From Octopus vulgaris (lineage: Eukaryota), in the NCBI GenBank assembly GCA_951406725.2, contig OX597829.1, positions 43,648,001 through 43,712,000 of the forward strand: 64,000 nucleotides of DNA, given 5' to 3'. A model generated the notes under the pieces. That model did not search any database. It saw nothing but the letters and a program-made list of their open reading frames with translations, and was not told the origin of the DNA. Below are positions 28,022 through 40,654 of this stretch, one piece after another. A program made the position numbers and the translations under genes. Position 1 is the first letter of the stretch; every line of letters starts with the position of its first letter.

Positions 28022-28440
28022 CAAATTAGAGATAAAACCACTATCATGCAACTCAAACAATGATAGACATAAACCAATACATAAATAACAAATAATATTT
28101 ATTTAAAACATATAACTTATAACTAGATCTCAAAAAGTATAAAATGAATGATAAATATATAATATAACACGTAAAAATACTACGTACGTTTCATGGTTAC
28201 AATTATATATTGATCATTCATTTTTATACTTTTTGAGATCTAGTTATAAGTTATACGTTTTATAAAAATATATATTATTTGTTATTTACGTATTGATTTA
28301 TGTCTATCACTGTTTGAGTTGCATAATAGTGGTTTTATCTCTAATTTATATTTTATATATTTATACTGTGAAATTTGATTTAATACTAAATTGAATTTTT
28401 CCCTGTAAGTTTGGAGTTATACTCTCTAATATTGTTATTA
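27620..28440. mobile_element. Cluster of partial direct and inverted copies of an AT-rich element (Penelope pseudo-LTR-like), interleaved with (TA)n
   Basis: ~150-bp imperfect inverted arms at ~28011-28163 and ~28202-28360. Partial copies at 27621-27835 and 27924-27970. The spacer carries the reverse complement of GAAA-cgtacg-TA. Confidence 0.65.
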
Positions 28441-28465
28441 TATATATATGTATGTGTGTGTGTGT

Positions 28466-28518
<53 letters not shown>

Positions 28519-28804
28519 TGTGCGCGCGCGCGCCTTGTATTTTGTGTTTGTCTCCCCTCCTATCACTGCTTGGAACGCGTGACTGAAATGGCCTTTGTCC
28601 AAATGTGTTTTTCAATCAGTGGTGACCGGGGAGATAACCATTATTCCCAGTACTTGTGTAGCATTTTATCGACACCCAAGTTAACATTGGTGGAATTCGG
28701 ACTCAAAATCTAAAGAGCTGAATAAGATGCTGCATATTACTTCATCTGACGCTCCAACGATTTTGCAAACTCGTCAATAAAAACAAAAACAAAAACAGAC
28801 AGAA

Positions 28805-29046
28805 CTTTGTGAGTGGATTTGGTAGACGGAAACTGAAAGAAGTCCGTCGTATATATGTATATATATGTATGAGTGTGTATGTTTGTGTGTCTGGGTTTGT
28901 CCCCCCAACATCGCTTGATAACCGATGGTGGTGTGTTTACGTCCCCGTAACTTAGCGGTTCGGCAAAAGAAACCGATAGAATAAGTACTAGGCTTACAAA
29001 GAATAAGTCCTGGGGGTCGATTTGCTCGACTAAAGGCGGTGCTCCA
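28805..29046 (+). mobile_element. SINE family A, partial
   Basis: Body matches 24610-24858. Confidence 0.85.
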
Positions 29047-29164
29047 TATTAGGATGTAGGGTGCATCATAATAAATGCTTGATTTTACTGAAAATGTAAT
29101 TTTTATATAAAAATAGGGATCACCCCGTCCTCGCACAAAATGAACAAAGAACATATAATAGACA

Positions 29165-29390
29165 GGCGAGCTGGCAGAAACGGTAGCACGCCGAGCGAAA
29201 TGCGTAGCCGTATTTCGTCTGCCGTTACGTTCTGAGTTCAAATTCCGCCGAGGTCGACTTTGCCTTTCATCCTTTCGGGGTCTGTAAAATAAGTACCAGT
29301 TACGCACTGGGGTCGATAGAATCGACTTAATCGCTTTGTCTGTCCTTGTTTGTCCCCTCTGTGTTTAGCCCCTTGTGGGTAGTAAAGAAA
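29165..29390 (+). mobile_element. SINE family B, full-length (tRNA-like head, Nin/Deu-like central domain, Tx1-like tail)
   Basis: Head ggcgagctggcagaa...gagttcaaattcc; central gcctttcatcctttcggggtc...aataagtaccag resembles the Nin/Deu SINE domain; tail ...gccccttgtgggtagtaaagaaa. Confidence 0.85.
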
Positions 29391-29824
29391 TATATAATAG
29401 ACAGGTAACACACACAGATAAAAATATGATCAAGATAAGACGACAGAGGAGTCACAGCTAAAATGACTTATCAAAGGACTTACGGCTGTAGCTTCTGGCG
29501 AGAGAAGAGATACAAGCAAAAGACAACAACAACAATAAAAGCAACAATGATAGGTTATAAATCAAAATGAAAATAACATAATGTATGGAATATAAAGACT
29601 GCTGATTCTAAAGGGTCCCGATAAAGCAACATGAAATGCAGACAGAAATTAAATTCCTGATTTGCACCCGAGATGAGCACACAAGGCTTGTGTATGGTTC
29701 GTAGTGAAGACATTAAATGTCACTACACAAAGAACCAGTACACAAGGAAAAAAATCTATATTGGAACTATATAAAGAAAAAGAATAATATGAAAAAAAGA
29801 GAGAAAAACATGCAAGATATATAC

Positions 29825-30033
29825 ATGCAGAAGGGACAAACAAGGACAGACAAACGGATTAAGTCGATTACATCTACCCCAGTGTGTAACTAACTGGTAC
29901 TTAATTTATCGACCCCGAAAAGATGAAAGGCAAAGTCGACCTCGGCGGGATTTGAACTCAGAACGTAACGGTAGACGAAATGCGGCTACGCATTTCGCCC
30001 GGCGTGCTAACGATTCTGCTGCCAGCTCGCCGC
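29825..30033 (-). mobile_element. SINE family B copy
   Basis: Reverse complement of 29165-29360. Confidence 0.85.
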
Positions 30034-30136
30034 TTTAAAAAAAAACAAAACAAAGAAAAACAAAAAAAAAACATACAAGATATTTCAGAAACATGTAGGT
30101 GATAGTTCTCTCTCTCTACCTTTATCTCTACCACGT

Positions 30137-30460
30137 GTGAAGGGGCATAACTCAGTTGTTAGAACTGTCGGGCTTAAAATCGTTAGGTTGTGAGATCGGT
30201 TCCCGGATCCTGCTGTGTTGTGTTCGTGAGCAAGACACTTTATTTCACAGCTGTAGCAATGAGTTGCAACTGGTACCGAGTTGTTTCAGCTTTTGCATTT
30301 CCCTTGCATAACATCAGTGGTCTGGAGAAAGAAGACTGATATTCATGGGCAACACTAGTAGTCCACAAACAACCTTGCTTGGACTTGTGTCTACGATAGG
30401 TCCTTTTTATATATGCAATCCCATGATAATTCCTGACTGAAGGGAGTGTTTACCTTTGCC
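30137..30460 (+). mobile_element. Degenerate tRNA-derived SINE (family D)
   Basis: tRNA-like head followed by gtgttcgtgagcaagacactttatttcac; a similar segment occurs at 60482-60510. Confidence 0.55.
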
Positions 30461-30520
30461 TCTGTCTCTATAAAAGAAAAAAAAACAAAATGATCATCTT
30501 TAACTGTGATTTTTAAATGA

Positions 30521-30757
30521 CTTTACTCTTTTACTCTTTTACTGGTTTCAGTCATTTGACTGCGGCCATGCTGGAGCACCGCCTTTAGTCGAGCAAATTG
30601 ACCCCCAGGACTTATTCTTTGTAAGCCTAGTACTTATTCTATCGGTTTCTTTTGCCTAACCGCTAAGTTACGGGGACGTAAACACACCACCATCGGTTAT
30701 CAAGCGATGCTAGGGGAACAAACACAGACACACAAACACACACACATACATACATAT

Positions 30758-30820
<63 letters not shown>

Positions 30821-30985
30821 TACGACAGGCTTCTTTCAGTTTCCGTCTACCAAATCCACTCACAAGGCATTGGTCGGCCCGGGGCTATAGCAGAAGACAC
30901 TTGCCCAAGATGCCACGCAGTGGGACTGAACCCGGAACCGTGTGGTTGGTTAGCAAGCTACTTACCACACAACCACTCCTGCGCC
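30521..30985 (-). mobile_element. SINE family A, full-length
   Basis: Reverse complement of 24493-24900 with a longer internal (TA)n. Confidence 0.9.
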
Positions 30986-31387
30986 CAGCTTAATAAGAGA
31001 CTTATAGAGAAATAATGTATATTCTTATCCCTCTTTTTCTCAGCACGAAAAGAAAAAGAAACAACAACTTAGAAGCGATTCTCTCTCCTTAATTAGCACA
31101 TTTCCTCTCTGTATCGTTACAAGCAGTAGTTCCTAGTGACTGTGCCACGTGTATTAAAAATGCTACGATTTCTAATTTCTCCTATGTCTATGATAATTGT
31201 TAACAGAATGTACAGAATTTTTTGTTGGATGTGTTTTTATTTAAAAAAAAACAAAATTTTTGTTGTTGCTGGTTGTGGTGTTCTCGCTTTAATCATCATC
31301 GCCGTCGTTACCTGATTATTGTTACAGTGGAGAATATCTTTTTTAATTTTGATTTCGAGGACAACGACAAAGTCGGAGAGGATAACC

Positions 31388-31468
31388 ACGACGACGACGA
31401 TGGTGACGATGATGGTGATGATAATGATGATGATGATGATGATGAAGGTGATGATGAAGATGATGATG

Positions 31469-31529
<61 letters not shown>

Positions 31530-31602
31530 CGACGACGATGATGACGATGATGGTGATGATAATGATGATGATGATGATGATGATGATGAAGGTGATGATG
31601 AA

Positions 31603-31653
<51 letters not shown>

Positions 31654-31746
31654 GATGATGATGATGATGACGACGACGATGATGATGATGATGATGATAA
31701 TGATGATGATGATGATGATGACGACGATGATGATGATGATGATGAT
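31388..31746. repeat. (GAT)n compound microsatellite with a higher-order duplication
   Basis: Direct reading; it produces the poly-D/M/H/I ORFs. Confidence 0.95.
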
Positions 31747-32339
31747 AGTGGTGGTGGTGGTGGTGAAGATGACGATTGACAATTACGATGATAACAATGT
31801 CAATTACAATGATGACGACGATGATAATGGCGATAACGATAATGATCATATAGAGAAGAAAGGGGCGGCGGCGGGGGAGGAGGAGGAGGAGGAAGAGGAG
31901 GAGAAAAAAGATGATTAAGAAGATCGTGATTACTGTGAGACCGGTGACAAAGATGAGGAAAATGATGATAAGTGGGGAGAAGGAAGAGCAGGGAAGTAAG
32001 AGAAAGGCGACAACAACGTTAAAAAAAAAGAAATTAAGATGATGAGTCGGATGACCGTGTGAATGTTAGTGGATGTGGTGGCTATGATTCTGAACTGGAT
32101 TTGAATTATAGTGATATTTATGCATTTGTAGAATATTGCTCGTAGTGGACGCGACGGGCATCGGTTGCAATTGGGGCGGAGTGGGGTGCGTAGTAATGTG
32201 CGGAGTGTCGTATTGTCATTCGATACTACAGAAGACATTTTACTACCACCACCACCACCACCACCACCATGTTTTATTTATGCTTAAGGTTATATTCATG
32301 TATGTATGTATATATATATGTATGTATGTACATATGCAT

Positions 32340-32895
32340 ATGGTGGCTGCCCCCTCGTTATCGAGTATTGCCATTGCGCGAACCTTAATCAATGTTGTTA
32401 TCGTGCAATGCCTGTGCAAGAAGATTTTTTTTTTAAGTGGGGAAAGGCTGTGCACTGAGCCAATCCCACTCACTAAGCAACAGCAGCCATAATCCGAAAA
32501 GAAGAACAAGTCAACATCATCGGTAACCACTGAGCCGCAGGTTTTATGTCGGAGTTATCCCAGTTACCTGAATTACCTTCTCCTAGAAGGATGCCCTAAC
32601 AAAGGCTAGGAGTCCTTCACTCCCAATGGTTTAACCGCGCGATCGGGTATTCAGTCCGATTATTTCTATGTCCCCGCGCATGATTCACCCTTAAGACATT
32701 TATTGGATGGCCGTTCACTCTCGAGAGTTTCTCCGCCCTTTGACGGGTTATGTTTTTCATCCCGCAGGGTGTCCAATAAATACCTTCCTCACCAAACAAG
32801 CTTGGTGGGGTTGCCGGTTTAGTCACCGACGACCCGATCATGCAATAGGTTGTACTGGGTTACATGTTACCAGTAGCACTCGAAAGTGATCTGAC
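32340..32895 (-). mobile_element. GC-richer non-coding retroelement fragment, possibly an RTE 5' UTR derivative
   Basis: Minus-strand ggcatccttctaggagaaggtaa resembles ggtcctagaaaaggtga (~47767) upstream of the RTE ORF in this window. Support is weak. Confidence 0.35.
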
Positions 32896-33000
32896 ACTAA
32901 CATATGTATATACACACATATGTATATACACACACACACATACACATACACACGCACACATAGAAATACAAGAGTTATAGAATGGAGTTGGTAAGATCTG

Positions 33001-33084
33001 GGCTACATATGTTTCATAGTGGGCGGAAGCTCAGAAGTGGTAAATATCCAAGCGAGTTTTACGCCGCCGGCTATTCTTCAGGCC
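33001..33084 (-). ncRNA. Type I hammerhead ribozyme candidate with intact core
   Basis: Minus strand reads ggc-CUGAAGA-auag-cc-ggcgg...ccgcc-ca-cuau-GAAA-cauaug-UA-gcc. Stem I ggc/gcc, extended stem II, palindromic stem III, GUA cleavage triplet. Confidence 0.75.
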
Positions 33085-33423
33085 AAGGAATCGTTGATTA
33101 GATCAATTGCTACATTTTCACAAGGTTGTTCATGTTGACGCATGAAAGATTCTAACAGAATGTGTAGTGAGTGAATACAGTATGAGAGGAGTGTATCAAT
33201 GTAAGATATATATATATATATGAACCACCTATTGATCCCTCCATTTTCTTATTGCTCTATAAATTAATGGTAAAATATCTCTTTACCTTCACCCATTTAG
33301 TACACTCGTTAATGTAATTGCAATGCAATAAAATACACTTGTGTAACTAGGTATTCTACCAGCAGTATATTGAATAGATATTATCCCTTAGTTGGCTGGA
33401 TTCACAACCTCTAGCTTTCTTGG

Positions 33424-33460
<37 letters not shown>

Positions 33461-33461
<1 letters not shown>

Positions 33462-33667
33462 CGGGAAGCTTTATGAAAATAGACAAAAGACGAAGGCAGG
33501 TGGAAAACAAACAAACAATTGTATTAGTATGGCGCTCAGGAAATATAAATAAAACAAGTCTTTAACGTTTCGAGCCTGCGCTCTTCAACAGAAAGATACA
33601 CAGAGAGAAAAAAAAACACAGAAAGAAGGAGAGAAAAAAATGCGTGCAGTAACTAACGAATCAACAT
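33461..33667 (-). mobile_element. ~200-bp hammerhead-bearing element, family H2
   Basis: Homologous to 54591-54800 in the opposite orientation; (TA)n on both flanks; minimal hammerhead-like motif at 33559-33596. Confidence 0.75.
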
Positions 33668-33782
33668 ATATATATATATATACGACGTGCTTCTTTGAGT
33701 TTCCGTCTACTGAATCCACTCACAAGTCTCACATATATATGTATTTATGCAGATGGAAAGAGAAAGGGAGGACGAAAGAGAA

Positions 33783-33842
<60 letters not shown>

Positions 33843-34066
33843 TATATGCATATATGCATACATCTCTATAATACCTACATATATATGTATATATACATGC
33901 ATATATGGGTACAGGACATCAAAAGCACGTGAACAAAAAGAGAAAAGAGAACATAAAAAAGGAACTTTTTTTCGAACAACGAAAGAAACAAATAGCGAAA
34001 CGAGACAAGCAACATAAAGAACATTCCCTTCATCAGTTGTCCTCTGTTTTATCTACTCCGTGTTTC

Positions 34067-34166
<100 letters not shown>

Positions 34167-34185
34167 TGGTAGGTAGGTAGGTAGG

Positions 34186-34216
<31 letters not shown>

Positions 34217-34217
34217 G

Positions 34218-34278
<61 letters not shown>

Positions 34279-34295
34279 TGATTGATAGATAGATA

Positions 34296-35265
34296 TGTTT
34301 CTTTATTAGCCACACAGGGCTGCACACAGATAGAACAAATTACAAGGTAGAGCTTTTCTTTTGAAGGTTTAAGAAAAAAAGAAAAAAAAAAAAGGAAGGG
34401 GGAGTTTCGATCAAAAGGGATCGTAAAAGGAGAGAAAGAGGACAAAAAAGGGGGGTTTAAAAAAAGGGGGGAGGAAAAAAATTGATCAATAGGGATCGAT
34501 ATCACAGAAATGTCAATATGAAGTGTAAAGGGGAGGACAGGTGAGGTTTACCCGTGCAAAGAAAAGCCTACGGAAAAGACCACGGTAACCTCGGTCAATG
34601 ATGTCACATTTTATATTTCTTTTTTTTTTTTTTGCAAATAAGCAACTCTCTGTTTTCGATTTCTGGGTTCATAGGACTATGCTCAAGGTGGCTTCGTCAT
34701 TCATACGTGCCATTCTTGCTACATTCACCCATCTTTTTTTAAAACATTCGCTAGACAAAACTTGCCTCTCTACTCTCACTTTCCTTTTCAAGTGGTACTT
34801 GAAGAAGTTGATGAGAGATTGACCAGAGAGGAAAGTGTTTGTCTCCAATCCTTTCAGACGCGTCCACCAGATACATTCTTTCGCCATAGCCACAAGGATG
34901 ATGAAAATAGCTCTTCCTTCCCGTTTGAAGGAAGGAGGCGTGACAATATTGACGATAGACTCAGCTGATAAACCGACTCGTCCCACACGTGACAGCAGTT
35001 GTTCGACATAAGCCCACAGGTCGGAAATTGTTGGACACTGAACGAGTGCGTGCAGAACGGTTTCGTCGCTCTGACCGCATCTCGGGCAGGTCGGCCCCGT
35101 GTTTCTCGAGCCGTGTCTGTAGAGCTTATCCCGAACGGGTAGCGCTTCTCGGTAGCACTGCCAGGCCAGGGATCTCTGGAAGTTGTCCATGGGCCCTGGC
35201 CCGAAAGTCGTCCTGAACAGGCGGGTCAGGTACTCCTCGTCGACGTCCAGGTTCGCCCCGAGCTC
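34296..35265 (-). mobile_element. 5'-truncated Tx1-clade LINE (ORF2 C-terminus plus 3' UTR) inserted in (GATA)n
   Basis: Uninterrupted frame with SLAWQCYREALPV...CPRCGQSDETVLHALVQCP (CCHC/zf-RVT region of L1/Tx1 ORF2), stop at 34669, and pure (GATA)n at both junctions. Confidence 0.85.
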
Positions 35266-35363
<98 letters not shown>

Positions 35364-35888
35364 TTAGAGTTTTTCCCATTATTTTCTTTTTATCTCATCA
35401 GAGAAACTCTTCCTCTTACGCACATTGGGTTAGAATTACCAGTTAATTTCGTCCTTCATAACTGCAAAGACTTACTATGGTACTTAATATGAGAATAGAC
35501 GAAACAGTCGTGACTGAAGCGCCTTTGAACATAAATCTGCTGAACTAAGACTAATCTGGAACTCGGCAACATCTGAATTTATCTATCTGTTCACATGTCA
35601 TCCTATGTATGTATGTATGTATGTATGTATGTATGTATGTATGTATGTATGTATGTATGTATGTATGTATGTATCTATGTATGTATGTATGTATGTATGT
35701 ATGTATGTATGTATGTATGTATGTATGTATGTATGTATGTATGCATGCATGTATGAATGTGTGTGTGTATGTATGTATGTATGTATGTATGTATGTATGT
35801 ATGTATGTATGTATCTATCTATCTATCTATCTATATATCTATATATCTATCTGTTTGTCTGTCTTTCTGTCTGTCAGTCTGTGTCTAA

Positions 35889-36117
35889 TTTCTTTATTGC
35901 CCACATAGGGCTAAACATAGAGGGGACAAACAAGGACAGACAAAGGGATTAAGTCGATTACACCAACCCCACTGCGTAATTGGTACTTAATTTGTCGACC
36001 CCGAATGGATGAAAGGCAAAATCGACCTCGGCGGAATTTGAACTCAGAACGTAACGGCAGACGAAATGTGGCTACGCATTTCGACCGGCGTGCTAACGGT
36101 TCTGCCAACTCCCCACC
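35889..36117 (-). mobile_element. SINE family B, full-length
   Basis: Reverse complement of 29165-29390. Confidence 0.85.
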
Positions 36118-36163
36118 TTCAGTCTGTGTCTATCTGCCTCTTTCTCGCTCTCTCTGTCTATTT

Positions 36164-36194
<31 letters not shown>

Positions 36195-36235
36195 ATATAT
36201 ATATATACGCACACATACACGCATATATATGTATA

Positions 36236-36332
<97 letters not shown>

Positions 36333-36812
36333 ATATATATATAATTACCGAGAGAAAGAGAAAGAATGAGAGAGAGGGAGGGAGGGAGAGAGGAGAGAAA
36401 GCACAGAATCAAGCACTATTACCAAATCCGGGTGAATGCACCCGTTGCACTCACTGACATTCCGAACTGCAACTAAACAGAATGTCCCACTCAACAGATT
36501 GGCCAAAAAGGAAATCAGTTCATTGCTACTGTATTTCGGGGCTCGATCGTCTTTCCTCCTATCATCCGTTTTATTCTGCACACACGTTCACACACCTTAC
36601 CAAATATTGGGTCCCATCCTTCCTTCACGAATAGCGCCCTTCTGGTGTTCCTTCTCCAATAATTTGTTTTCTGCTGGTGTTCAATTGCAATACGGCATAA
36701 GAAACATCAAGGGAACACATATAATGGTGTTATCAGAAAGATTTTGATAGAGGTGGGCATTGCCATTTTTCATTCTCAGCATCATGTATATATATATATA
36801 TATATATATAAC

Positions 36813-37040
36813 ACTACAAAATTAGAGAATGGAGAAACATACTTAAATCAGTAAAACATCAACTATCCGATGATACTCAATCCATACTTTAATACACCAT
36901 TACATATGAGTAAAGGCAATATATAAAATGAAATTGCCTTTACTCATATGTAATGGTGTATTAAAGTATGGATTGAGTATCATCGGATAGTTGATGTTTT
37001 ACTGATTTAAGTATGTTTCTCCATTCTCTAATTTTGTAGT
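36813..37040. repeat. Perfect inverted repeat: 108-bp arms, 12-nt spacer
   Basis: 36813-36920 is the exact reverse complement of 36933-37040. The right arm continues to ~37205 in sequence similar to 33241-33420. Confidence 0.95.
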
Positions 37041-37225
37041 ATTAATTTACGGTAATATTATTACCTTTACCCATTTAATACAATAGATGAACTGATTGCT
37101 TGACAATTTTTAACATCTATGTATTATTTTTGTTGGGTACCTATCTAGCAGTATATTGGATATATATTATCCCATGGTGGGTTGAATTTTCAACCCCTAT
37201 CTCATTTTATATATATATATATATA

Positions 37226-37646
37226 TCTTTTACTCTTTTACTTGTTTCAGTCATTTGACTGCGGCCATGCTGGAGCACCGCCTTTAGTCGAGCAAATCGA
37301 CCCCAGGACTTATTCTTTTGTAAGCCCAGTACTTATTCTATCGGTCTCTTTTGCCGAACCGCTAAGTGACGGCGACGTAAACACACCAGCATCGGTTGTC
37401 AAGCAATGCTAGGGGGACAAACACAGACACACAAACATATACACACACACTTATATATATATACATATATATACATATATATACGACAGGCTTCTTTCAG
37501 TTTCCGTCTACCAAATCCACTCACAAGGCATTGGTCGGCCCGGGGCTATAGCAGAAGACACTTGCCCAAGATGCCACGCAGTGGGACTGAACCCGGAACC
37601 ATGTGGTTGGTTAGCAAACTACTTACCACACAGCCACTCCTGCGCC
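37226..37646 (-). mobile_element. SINE family A, full-length
   Basis: Reverse complement of 24493-24900. Confidence 0.9.
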
Positions 37647-37936
37647 TTGGTATATATATATATAGGAGTGAGTAGACAAACGAAAGAAGGTCGCTCAACA
37701 CATATATTGTGAGTTCCATGTAGAGATAAAAACAGTTTTATTCAGACTTTTTGGTACTCTGAGATTCAAGCGTGTGGCAGGTCTTCCGGGATTGGGGCCT
37801 GAAGGAGAGTTCGATTGAAGGGAGTCAATACATACTACTGGACGTTAGCCTGCGATTGGTCGAGAAAAGTCAGCCGGTATGGCAGTTTCATGTTGGTATT
37901 CCAGTGACAACAATTTGCTGGAAAATACCGCATACC

Positions 37937-38000
37937 GAACAGGAATTCGACCGCGTATTGAACAGGAAATCGACCGCGTGGTGAACAGGAAATCGAACTC
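37937..38000. repeat. ~23-bp tandem repeat x3 (gaacaggaaatcgaccgcgt...)
   Basis: Direct reading; the third copy is partial. Confidence 0.8.
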
Positions 38001-38005
38001 GAGGT

Positions 38006-38061
<56 letters not shown>

Positions 38062-38069
38062 TATATATG

Positions 38070-38415
<346 letters not shown>

Positions 38416-38871
38416 TGTACGCATGCATGCAATATATGTTTGAATGTATATTTTCTGTCTCACCCCCTCTATCTCTTGTTCGCTCTCTTTCTCTCTGCCC
38501 TTTCTGCCCCCCCCCCCTGTACGTATATTAAACGTTAAACCCCCTTCTTTCCTTCTTTCCTGAGCGTCCAATAATACTATATTTGTTCCACGTCCTCGCG
38601 TTGTGTTTTTTTGTGCTTTCTTGTTTGGATGAACTTAATATATATATATATATATATATGCATACACATACATCTACATATGTGTTTATTAAGACATCAA
38701 TACTTTATATATAAAAAAACAATTTATCATTGACATTTAAGGACACACCTATGTAACAAGGACAATATAACCACGTTGAATATATATATCGTCATGTATG
38801 TACATAAGTATAAATGTACACATTTATATAGGTATACGTATACACACACTTATATATATATATATGTATGT

Positions 38872-39142
38872 CAAGGTACAGAAATGACGTACTACGGATG
38901 AATGAGATAATGTAATCCAATGGCAGAAAGAATTCTGCGAATTTGGTACTCCAAACCCAGTCGGAAGGACGAGGTCTGTGTGAGCGTGCGGTAAATAGTT
39001 AATCCAAGAAAATAGACACATAAAAACCACAAGAACAAAAGACAACAACAACGCGTCGTATTAGTAATACATCGCGTGTACCACGTCCTCGCGTTGTTGA
39101 TTTTTTTTTTGGTGCTTTTTCTCCGTTTTTGTTTTGGAGTAA
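38872..39142. mobile_element. Longer, internally inverted relative of family H1
   Basis: gttaatccaag...caacaacgcg (minus-orientation H1 end) is followed by ccacgtcctcgcgttgttg (plus orientation). The sequence extends ~125 bp beyond the ggattaac end of the short copies. Confidence 0.55.
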
Positions 39143-39165
39143 TTATATATATGTATATATATATA

Positions 39166-39562
39166 GGCGCAGGAGTGGCTGTGTGGTAAGTAGCTTGCAA
39201 ACCAACCACATGGTTCCGGGTTCAGTCCCGCTGCGTGGCATCTTGGGCAAGTGTCTTCTGCTATAGCCCCGGGCCGACCAATGCCTTGTGAGTGGATTTG
39301 GTAGACAGAAACTGAAAGAAGCTCGTCGTATATATGTATATATATATATGAATGTGTGTGTTTGTGTGTCTGTGTTTGTCCCCCTAGCATTGCTTGACAA
39401 CCGATGCTGGGGTGTTTTCGTCCCCGTCACTTAGCGGTTCGGCAAAAAGAGACCGATAGAATAAGTACTGGGCTTACAAAGAATAAGTTCCGGGGTCGAT
39501 TTGCTCGACTAAAGGCGGTGCTCCAGCATGGCCGCAGTGAAATGACTGAAACAAGTAAAAGA
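39166..39562 (+). mobile_element. SINE family A, full-length
   Basis: Matches 24493-24900. Confidence 0.9.
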
Positions 39563-39968
39563 AAAAAGAAAAGAAAATATAATTATAGAATACATCTAAA
39601 TACATTAATGTGTAAGCAACCACAAACGCACACATATATACATATATACGCACATATAGTTGTATATTATGTTATATATAATTTTATGGATGTATCTTAT
39701 GTATAGAATTATTTTATTATATGTTATGCTACACACTTATAATATAATTAATAAGCGGATATATGAAACTTATATATAAAAACTTATACTGAGAAGGAGG
39801 CACATTTGCACATAAACATATTCAGAGGAGCACAAAGAGATATAGCAACAAGGAAAAAAGCAAATTTATATTCCAAGCAAATTTATTATATTGCAGGTTA
39901 TATGGAGTTATATGGATTAGACATTACATGTAGGTATATATATATATTTATATATATATATATACCAA

Positions 39969-40393
39969 GGCGCAGGAGTGGCTGTGTGGTAAGTAGCTTG
40001 CTTGCCAACCACATGGTTCCGGGTTCAGTCCCACTGCGTGGCATCTTGGGCAAGTGTCTTCTGCTATAGCCCCGGGCCGACGAATGCCTTGTGAGTGGAT
40101 TTAGTAGACGGAAACTGATAGAAGCCTGTCGTATATATGTATATATATATATGTATATATGTATGTGTGTGTATATGTTTGTGTGTCTGTGTTTGTCCTC
40201 CTAGCATTGCTTGACAACCGATGCTGGTGTGTTTACGTCGCCGTCACTTAGCGGTTCGGCAAAAGAGACCGATAGAATAAGTACTGGGCTTACAAAGAAT
40301 AAGTCCCGGGGTCGAGTTGCTCGATTAAAAAAAAAGGCGGTGCTCCAGCATGGCCGCAATCAAGTGACTGAAACAAGTAAAAGAGTAAAAGAG
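39969..40393 (+). mobile_element. SINE family A, full-length
   Basis: Matches 24493-24900. Confidence 0.9.
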
Positions 40394-40493
40394 TATACGC
40401 TGCCATATTGAATATATATATCGCCATATTAATATGCTGCCACATTTTTTTATGAAGTTCCTTTTCTGAAAAAACCTTCATCCCATATTAATA

Positions 40494-40577
<84 letters not shown>

Positions 40578-40654
40578 CATATACATATATATATGTATGT
40601 ATGTATATATATATGCTGTGTACGTACGTTTCACCTTTTAATGCTACCTTTTAC

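Noticed and set aside
37937-38000. 23-bp repeats as a CRISPR-like array
   Set aside because: The repeats are contiguous with no unique spacers, there are no cas genes, and the context is eukaryotic.
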